A DNA stretch of 30,462 nt. Origin: Octopus sinensis. Taxonomy: Eukaryota. The notes below the pieces were generated by a model that saw only the letters and a program-made list of their open reading frames with translations, made no database searches and was not told the DNA's origin. Of this stretch, positions 21,661 to 30,462 are shown piece after piece; the stretch's first letter is position 1, and each line of letters begins with the position of its first letter. The position numbers were made by a program, and so were the translations under genes. The stretch is taken from contig NW_021832515.1 of NCBI RefSeq assembly GCF_006345805.1, forward strand, positions 1-30,462, given 5' to 3'.

Positions 21661-22490
21661 CAGGGTGCGATGGGTAAGTTGTCGCTACTTCATATTTTTA
21701 TTTTGTGCATGCTCATTGTTTGTTTTTGATTTTGTCGACTACACAGTATAGTAGGGTCAGTTGGGCACCGCCTGTGAGAAAATCAGCACCATGACGCAAT
21801 TCACTCTGCCAGAAATTTGGAAATGATATGCTATACTGCTTGGCATTCGCGCCGCAAGCTCCAATACGAACATTTCAGAGTGTTTGGGTGTCAATCTGAG
21901 CGCGTTGTAAACTGAAGACATAATATACCGAGTGATAAAAATCAAACATCCAGTCAACATCATGGTGTTTGGAGTGATCACTAGTGATGGTAACGTTATT
22001 CCTCTACTCATCTTCCCACACGGCGTCACACTCAACATAGAGGCCTACATCAAGTGCCTGAAGGAGGTACTGCTGTTCTGAGTGAAGAGGGTGGCTGCCG
22101 GAAGACGCCTATGTCTGGCAACAGGGCTCTGCACCATGCCACACAAGCAGGAGAACACAGTCATGGCTGTCAGACAATTTCTGCAACCACATCACCCCCT
22201 AACATCTGGCCACGTAAGTCCCTAGACTGCAACCCCCTTGATTATTATGTGTGGGTCGCAGTTGAGCGAGAAACCAACAAACTCCTTGTAACACCAGAGA
22301 TGAACTGAAAGCAAGGATTATGGCAGCATCCACCAACTTAGACAAGGAGACTGTCCAGAAGAGTTGCAGGAGATTCCGAAGTCGATTGGAGGCCGTGGTT
22401 GAAGCCAATGGCGATTTTATTGAATAAATTTACTCTTTAGTATATCAAGACATTTTTTACGTAATTTTGGTAAATATATCTGTGAAAATG
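21661..22490 (+). mobile_element. defective Tc1/mariner DD37D (maT-type) transposon, internally deleted
   Basis: Begins TA|CAGGGTG. Transposase remnants at 21791-22427: MTQFTLPEIW..GIRA..NISECLGVNL, a deletion, then HPVNIMVFGVITSDG..EAYIKCL..YVWQQGSAPCHTS..NIWPRKSLDCNPLDYYVW..RFRSRLEAVVEANGDFIE*. 37 residues separate QQ(D>G) from PLD. Contains stops and frameshifts; no right TIR seen. Confidence 0.9.
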
Positions 22491-22562
22491 AGATGTATGT
22501 ATATGCAGGTATATGTGTGTGGAGTTGTGCATATATATATCCATGCATATATTTATATGTAA

Positions 22563-22597
<35 letters not shown>

Positions 22598-22659
22598 TGC
22601 GTACGTGCGTGCGTATGTGTGTATGTATGAATATTGACCTGACTATCGGATGGTGACAT

Positions 22660-22736
22660 GCGCTCGGACCGAGAATCGAACCCTCGATCTAGCAATCGTG
22701 AGTACAGTACTCTAACCACTAGTTCACGTGCCTTCA
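22660..22736 (-). mobile_element. SINE family C-like tRNA-derived head fragment
   Basis: Minus gaaggcacgtgaactagtggttagagtac...gagggttcgattctc. Confidence 0.6.
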
Positions 22737-22906
22737 TATAGTTTCTTTGTACATAGCATGATTAAACAGTCACTTATAGAATCCGAAACATAAAAATATT
22801 AATTAATAAAAAGAATTTAAACCATTACAAGTTAGAATAAACATAAGCCGATGTTTTATGAAGAGTCTATTTACTTCTCTTATGTCTGTGTACATATATA
22901 TACTCG

Positions 22907-22907
<1 letters not shown>

Positions 22908-22985
<78 letters not shown>

Positions 22986-23024
22986 GCAGACAGACAGACA
23001 GACAGACAGACAGATAGATAGATA
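22908..23024. repeat. (GATA)n/(GACA)n microsatellite
   Basis: Direct observation. Confidence 0.95.
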
Positions 23025-23748
<724 letters not shown>

Positions 23749-24062
23749 ACATGCATGCATAAAGATAAACATAGACTACACCATTAATGATACATATGCA
23801 ACGTTCTTTATATGCAGATAAAACACACTCACTCACTCACTCACACACACACACGCACACGAACAGCACACACACGCAAACGAACAGCACGTACGCACAC
23901 TCACACAGATACGTGTAAGCAGCAAGTGGAGCTTTATTAGACTAACTTCAATACAGACAGATACAGTGACAAATGTATACGTAGTTGTATAAGTGTGCAC
24001 ACGCACTGGTGAGTGTTTGAAGTGCGTACTTGTATACGTATGTGTGTATGTGTACGTAGATA

Positions 24063-24108
<46 letters not shown>

Positions 24109-24418
24109 TACATACACACATGTATGTGTACATATATACATATATAATGTTCATAGTGTTGTAATCCAAGCTGTGTCCTCCTAAAGCACATCTACTTATT
24201 CCCGTACTCCAAAGTCGTACGTCGATATTTTATTTGTATGACGTATGCATAAGAGTTGAAAAATACTGGAAAATATTATATGTACATATTTGTGTATATG
24301 TACATATTTATATATGTGTGCATATATACATATATATACATATATACATATATGTGTGTGTGTGTATATATATATGGAGAATTCATAAAAAATCAAAAAA
24401 CGAAGACAGGTGGTGTGT

Positions 24419-24454
24419 CTTTAACGTTTCGAGCCTACGCTCTTTCACAGAAAG
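24419..24454 (-). ncRNA. degenerate minimal hammerhead-like motif
   Basis: CUUU-CUGUGAAA-GAGC(GUAG)GCUC-GAA-ACGU-U-AAAG. Stems I and II are intact, stem III is the palindrome ACGU, and the 5' core is altered. Confidence 0.45.
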
Positions 24455-24615
24455 GAACACAGAAAGAAACGGGGAGAGAAAATAAAGAATGTGTAGTGGC
24501 TAGCGATCTATCACCTGAGTAAACATATAAATGTGAAACAAGGTGGGAAAATGAGTACTCAAATGCCAGAGGTAGAGTAATATGCTTTATTGAAAAGCAG
24601 CAGAAATATCACAAG

Positions 24616-24657
24616 AACTGTTACTCAGAGTTTCATGTTCCCGTTCGTCGGACAGTT
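24616..24657 (-). ncRNA. type I hammerhead-like motif, left arm of palindrome
   Basis: AACUGU-CCGACGA-ACG(GGAA)CAU-GAA-ACUC(U)GAGU-A-ACAGUU. Core U4 is changed to C and stem II has one mismatch. Confidence 0.65.
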
Positions 24658-24678
24658 TTGTTAGAATCATTCTAACTA

Positions 24679-24718
24679 AACTGTCTGACGAACGCGAACG
24701 TAACTCTGAGTAACAGTT
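24679..24718 (+). ncRNA. type I hammerhead-like motif, right arm of palindrome
   Basis: AACUGU-CUGACGA-ACG(CGAA)CGU-[GA missing]A-ACUC(U)GAGU-A-ACAGUU. Confidence 0.65.
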
Positions 24719-24789
24719 TTTGTGATATTTCTGCTGCTTTTCAATAAAGATATATATATATATATATATATATCCGTGTATATGTGTAT

Positions 24790-25160
<371 letters not shown>

Positions 25161-25574
25161 ACACACACATAAATGTGTATGTTTGTTCATTTATTACATC
25201 GCACTCTAACTGTGTGTGTGTGCGCGTGCGTGCTTTAGTTTGTAACAAAGAAACAGAAGCCTCATCATTAGCGTCTGGATAGCAAGCAACGATATTTGTT
25301 ACATATCGAACTTTGAGAAAGTTTTAGATAGTTTTACTCTTCCACTTACAGACTGAATCTGCTGGCCTCTTTCCTTGCTTGAAAACCCTAGCTTCTCTGG
25401 ATTATGACGAAGATATTTAGTATCATAACCAATTTCGTAGATAATTATTACTATGAATGTGAATTTATGATCCGGCTAGAGGAACCACTGCTTTCAAAGC
25501 AATTCTCCATAGATATTGTCCTTCTTGCTGATTTTCGAAGAGTTGTTTTCGTCCACCGGGCAACTTACCTCTAT

Positions 25575-25884
25575 TTTTTTTTTGTTGTTCCTTCTCGAGC
25601 CATGCCTGGCTCATAAGGGCCGGTTTCCCACTTTCCTTGGCGTATAGGTTCCCCACCTGGACGGGACGCCGGTCCGTCGCAGATGAGCTGCAAGATGCAG
25701 GAGGAAAGAGTGAGAGAAAGTTGTGGCGAAAGAGTCAGCAGAAGTTCGCCATTACCTTCTGCCGGAGCCGCGTGGAGCTTAGGAGTTTTCGCTCATAAAC
25801 ACACACATCGCCCGGTCTGTGATTCGAACCCGCGATCCCTCGACCGCGAGTCCGCTGCTCTAACCACTAGGCCATGTGCCTCCA
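25575..25884 (-). mobile_element. SINE family C head with tail type 2
   Basis: Head and body match 12205-12390; the tail differs. 14-bp TSD caacttacctctat at 25561-25574 and 25885-25898. Confidence 0.9.
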
Positions 25885-26009
25885 CAACTTACCTCTATGA
25901 CAGTGTGAATGTATAGATGTAGAATATATATGTGTAAATGTACATGAATGCATGTATGTATGAATGTATGTATTTATCTATATATTTATGCATACGTGTA
26001 GTGTTCTAA

Positions 26010-26044
<35 letters not shown>

Positions 26045-26047
26045 CCG

Positions 26048-26110
26048 GAGTAAACACATAAATGTGAAACAAGGTGGAAAAAAGAGTACTCAAATACCAG
26101 TGGTACTCAA
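26048..26110 (+). repeat. fragment of the repeat at 24517-24570
   Basis: gagtaaaca.ataaatgtgaaacaaggtgg.aaaa.gagtactcaaat.ccag. Confidence 0.8.
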
Positions 26111-26549
26111 ATAAAGTATATATATATATATATACATATATGCATACATATATATATTATATATATATATGCATACATACATATATATGTATATATATAT
26201 ACACACACACACACACATGTATATATATATATATATATATAGTATGTATGTGTGTGCCTGTGTGTGTCTCTGCCTCTGTGTGTGTGTGTGTGCGTGTGTG
26301 CCTGTGTATATGTATATATGTAGATGCATTCATGTATGTATGTATGACGGGATTTTTATTGTAGATGACGATTTCAAAAGATAGCAGATCCAGTTCGATT
26401 TATGGTCCTAGTCTCCGTAGTTCCTGTTTACTGCACCATGGCACTACATGACCGTCACAACTTCCATTTCAATTTCCCCTGGTCACCTGTTGTGGCACCC
26501 CTATACGCTTGTTTCTCCTGTGAGAAAGAACAGTTAGTTACCCTTCAAA

Positions 26550-26986
26550 TTATTTGCCACAAGGGCGAATGATGAGGGGGACAAGACAATAGGAAGTCAG
26601 ACATAAAGTCTGGGGATTTTACATAAAAGGAAATTATTAAAAATAAGAAGAAATTTTTTGTTAAGTAAAAGAAATTATACACACTACACACTGAAAACGA
26701 AGTGATGTATGCATAGCATATAAAGGTTTAAAAAAAGTGTCAGGGAAGATAATAGAGATGTGGCCCTCCTGATACAGGAAGGCCTCTGGGGATAATCGAA
26801 GAACCCCAATGTCCGAGATTTCCTTGGAACCCCAGGAGCAAGTGCCCTCTCCAATTCCTTCTCGCTGACTCACAGGTCTACACTTAGAGAGGTACCGTCC
26901 ACTCTTGCCATTTTCTCAAATTACACCCATCTTTCGACATACTCACTCGAGGACAGCACTTCCCTCTCCGCTCTCAATTTCCTTTC
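26550..26986 (-). mobile_element. second L1/Tx1-like LINE 3' fragment (diverged subfamily)
   Basis: KLRAEREVLSSSEYVERWV*FEKMARVDGTSLSVDL* (26870-26986) aligns with the 23496-23627 peptide. End reads ttgtcccc..gcccttgtggcaaataa. Confidence 0.65.
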
Positions 26987-27110
26987 TATTATAGGTACAA
27001 GGCCCGACATTTTGTGGGAGAGAGAGCTAGTCGATTACATTGACCCCAATGCGTAACTGGTACTTATTTCATCGACACTGAAAGGATGAAAGACAAAGTC
27101 GTCCTCGGCG
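26987..27110 (-). mobile_element. SINE family B 3' fragment (tail B)
   Basis: aaggcc..agtcgattacattgacccc..gcgtaactggtacttattt.atcgac..gaaaggatgaaag.caaagtcg. Confidence 0.8.
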
Positions 27111-27169
27111 AAAGAGAAGAAGAAGAAGAAGAAGAAGAAGAAGAAGAAGAGAAGAAGAAGAAGAAGAAG
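27111..27169. repeat. (GAA)n microsatellite at the SINE-B tail
   Basis: Direct observation. Confidence 0.95.
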
Positions 27170-27739
27170 CCTTTCTACTAAAGGCACTAGGCCTGAAATT
27201 TTGGGGGAGAGGACTAGTCGAACACATCGACCTAGTGCTTCACTGGTTCTTAATTTATCGACCCCGAAAGGAAGAAAGGCAATGCTGACCTCGGTGGAAT
27301 TTGAACTCAGAACGTAGCGGCAGACGAAATACCTATTTCTTTACTACCCACAAGGGGCTAAACACAGAGCGGACAAACAAGGACAGACAAACGGATTAAG
27401 TCGATCAGATCGACCCCAGTGCGCAACTGGTACTTATTTAATCGACCCCGAAAGGCAAAGTCAACGTCGGCAGAATTTGAACTCAGAACGTAGCGGCAGC
27501 CGAAATACCTATTTCTTTACTACCTAAAGGGGCTAAACACAGAGAGGACAAATAAGGACAGACAAACGGATTAAGTCGCTTATATCGACCCTAGTGCACA
27601 ACTGGTACTTATTTAATCGACCCCGAAAGGATGAAAGGCAAAGTCGACCTCGGCGGAATTTGAACTCAGAACGTAATGGCAGACGAAATACAGCTACGCA
27701 TTTCGCCCGGCGTGCTAACGTTTCTGCCATCTCGCCACC
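27170..27739 (-). mobile_element. SINE family B trimer
   Basis: One head at 27739, two tail-A units and a final tail-B unit. Junctions gaaatacc|tatttc at 27326-27333 and 27502-27509. Confidence 0.9.
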
Positions 27740-27867
27740 CTCATTAATAGTAATTATAATAATGATGATAGGTCAATACTTAGAAACTGCAATCCGATAA
27801 CGTAATATACATAAAAAAAAATGTTTTGGTGTGTAACTTTTCGGCCACTATGTATGTATATGTGTAT

Positions 27868-27868
27868 C

Positions 27869-27914
<46 letters not shown>

Positions 27915-27987
27915 GAGAGAGTAACAGAGAGAGAGAGGGAGAGAGAGAGAAAGACCGACAGACAGAAACAGATAGATAGATAGATAG

Positions 27988-28049
<62 letters not shown>

Positions 28050-28050
28050 G
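27868..28050. repeat. (GA)n and (GATA)n microsatellites
   Basis: Direct observation. Confidence 0.95.
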
Positions 28051-28553
28051 TACTCACACACACGCACATACACATCATGAAATCCGGATCTTTTAAACTA
28101 ATGAAGAAGATGCTTACGTATGCACAATCAACCTGCTGGAAATAACAGCCAAATCACCCTCTAGTTACATTTTTCTGATTTAAAATGTGGTCGGGAGGTA
28201 TTCGATTACATAGATTTATAGATTATAGCGCGGATGACTCTAATGGCAGAATGGTCATGACATTGAATATTGTTGTCCTAGAAGTATTTTGCCCGCAAGA
28301 AAGACAGTACATCCGTGTAAATGTTTTCACTTTTCTTTTATATTTATATTTTTTTTTAATTATTTAATCATAAACAGATTAAAATGGAGGAAATTACAAT
28401 TGTCTTCAGGAGCGGAGGGATGGATGCACTTTTACGGATATAAAACTTCGTTGTTCTATAGTTTTCTTTTGAAGTGTACAAACATACATAGATACATACA
28501 AGTATACATACATACATACATACAAACATACATACATACATACATAAATACAT

Positions 28554-28594
<41 letters not shown>

Positions 28595-28691
28595 ATAATG
28601 AAGGGTGAAATTAATTAATTTGGAATAATTATGTGGTAAGGCAATTCGTTGCTATACCCTTTATTGCTTAGTATATATATATACATATATT

Positions 28692-29050
28692 CTCTTTTAT
28701 TCTTTTACTTGTTTCAGTCATTTGACTGTGGACATGCTGGACCACCGCCTTTAGTCGACCAAATCGACCCCAGGACTTATTCTTTGTAAGCCTAGTACTT
28801 ATTCAATCGGTCTCTTTTGCCGAACTGCTAAGTTACGGGGACGCAAACACACCAGCATCGGTTGTCAAGTGATGCTAGGGGGACAAACACACAAACACAC
28901 ACACATATATACGACGGGCTTCTTTTCAGTTTCCGTCTACCAAATCCACTCACAAGGGTTTGGTCGGCTCGAGGCTATAGTAGAAGTCACTTGCCCAAGG
29001 TGCCACGCAGAGGGACTGAACCCGGAACTATGTGGTTGGTAAGCAAGCTA
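28692..29050 (-). mobile_element. SINE family A, lacking the first ~25 nt
   Basis: High identity to 5822-6278. Confidence 0.92.
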
Positions 29051-29185
29051 TAAATATGTATGTATGTATATTTATATATATTCTATATATATATATATAT
29101 ATATAAGTCTGTGTGTTATATATATCTTGTATATAAATGTATATCATGTATATATTTTGTATATAAACATAAATTTTGTATACTA

Positions 29186-29320
29186 AGTGTGGCTGTGTGG
29201 TAAGTAACTTGCTTACCAAGTCCCACTGAATGGCACCTTGGGCAAGTGTCTTCTACTATAACCTCGGACCGACCAAAGCTTTGTGAGTGGATTTGGTAGA
29301 CGGAAACTGAAAGAAGCCTG

Positions 29321-29345
<25 letters not shown>
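29186..29345 (+). mobile_element. SINE family A 5' module with internal deletion of the B-box region
   Basis: gtggctgtgtggtaagtaacttgcttaccaa|gtcccactg..core..gaaagaagcc then (TA)n. Confidence 0.85.
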
Positions 29346-29353
<8 letters not shown>

Positions 29354-29519
29354 TATCTATTATATATAAGTAGACATCGCTCGCATATATATTTTGTTTT
29401 CCTCTTCTTTTCCTTATTTTTATCCTCAATAAATAAATAAAATGTCATTTAGATATCCAGAAATAGGAATGGTTCCTCACTTATTCATTAGATCATCTTT
29501 TTTTAGGGTAAAATGGTTG

Positions 29520-29645
29520 ATAAAATCGGTCCCAGTAAGTCACTGGTACTTTATTTTCTCGATTCTGGAAGGAAGTAAAGCTATGGGTGTCTTTGACGGG
29601 TTTTGAACTCAGAACGTAAAGCGCCGGAACAAATACCGCATAACA
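29520..29645 (-). mobile_element. degenerate SINE family B-related fragment
   Basis: actggtacttt..tttgaactcagaacgtaaag..aaataccg. Confidence 0.55.
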
Positions 29646-29690
29646 TTTTTCTTCTTTCTTTTTTCGTATTCTTTATCCATATAAGAGAAA

Positions 29691-30098
29691 TGGTGCAGGA
29701 GTGGCTGTGTGGTAAGTAGCTTGCTAATCAACCACATGGTTCCGGGTTCAGGCCCACTGCGTGACATCTTGGGCCAGTGTCTTCTGCTATAGCCCCGGGC
29801 CGACCAATGCCTTGTGAGTGGATTTGGTAGACGGAAACTGAAAGAAGCCTGTCGTATATATATATATGTGTGTGTATGTGCTTGTGTGTCTGTGTTTGTC
29901 CCCCTAGCATTGCTTGACAACCGATGCTGGTGTGTTTACGTCCCCGTCTCTTAGCGGTTCGGAAAAAGAGACCGATAGAATAAGTACTGGGCTTACAAAG
30001 AATAAGTCCCGGGATCGATTTGCTCGACTAAAAGGCGGTGCTCCAGCATGGCCGCAGTCAAATGACTGAAACAAGTAAAAGAGTAAAAGAGTAAAAGA
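29691..30098 (+). mobile_element. SINE family A, full length
   Basis: Complete head-core-short (TA/TG)n-tail ending (gtaaaaga)n. Confidence 0.92.
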
Positions 30099-30104
30099 GA
30101 GGTC

Positions 30105-30430
30105 CTCCATCAGTTTCCATGATCAAGATTCACTTGTTGCATTCAGTGAATTACATGTAAGGGGCTGAATAGTCCAGAAACAGGTCTATTTTTACTGCGA
30201 TCTTCAAGCTAAGTCAACGTGACACAGTGCTTGTGACAATACTGTACTTTTTGAATTCCAATTACCATTAACCCAGCGGGATTTTATATAGGTCCCATGA
30301 CCCAGTTACTTTCACAAGACATGGATTGACCCGAAGGTACGGGAAAAAAAAAAACATTTGCTCAAAATGCCTTGTTGTGAAATCGAACCAGGAATCTCAT
30401 GTCTACCACGTTATCTTCTTGACCATTCTT
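30105..30430 (-). mobile_element. old degenerate SINE (family C-like tail, tRNA-like head)
   Basis: cgtgacacag..gtgacaa matches the reverse complement of 12428-12450. Minus ggttcgatttc is B-box-like at about 30385. Confidence 0.4.
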
Positions 30431-30462
30431 GTTAAAGATTACGCTGAGAGTCTTCCTTCTTA

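Larger units (their letters stand above)
24585..24749. repeat. 165-bp near-perfect palindrome
   Basis: ctttattgaaaagcagcagaaatatcacaa.aactgttactcagagtt on the left arm pairs with the right arm. Centre gttagaat-c-attctaac at about 24668. Confidence 0.95.
24375..24760. mobile_element. cluster of Penelope-like terminal fragments
   Basis: Contains three hammerhead-like motifs and a 165-bp palindrome. 24517-24570 recurs at 26048-26100. Confidence 0.55.

Noticed and set aside
27170-27739. Tandem ~180-bp units as a CRISPR-like or satellite array
   Set aside because: Units are SINE-B bodies with no unique spacers, in a eukaryotic context.

Overview
AT-rich, microsatellite- and retroposon-dense eukaryotic DNA. 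The SINE families and repeat density most resemble a coleoid cephalopod (Octopus-like) genome; this is inferred from the repeats. No intact protein-coding gene can be supported, and most listed ORFs are translations of simple repeats. Recognisable content: three or more tRNA-derived SINE families (several with target-site duplications), two 3' fragments of an L1/Tx1-like LINE, an internally deleted DD37D (maT-type) Tc1/mariner transposon, two long foldback elements and a local ~320-bp duplication. A GC3-rich, stop-interrupted reading frame lies at 19.7-20.1 kb on the minus strand. The most notable signal is a set of minimal type I hammerhead-ribozyme-like motifs from at least four sequence families. 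Several sit inside inverted terminal duplications, the architecture known for Penelope-like elements. One SINE family shares its 3' end with the Tx1-like LINE and forms tandem multimers with a fixed junction.
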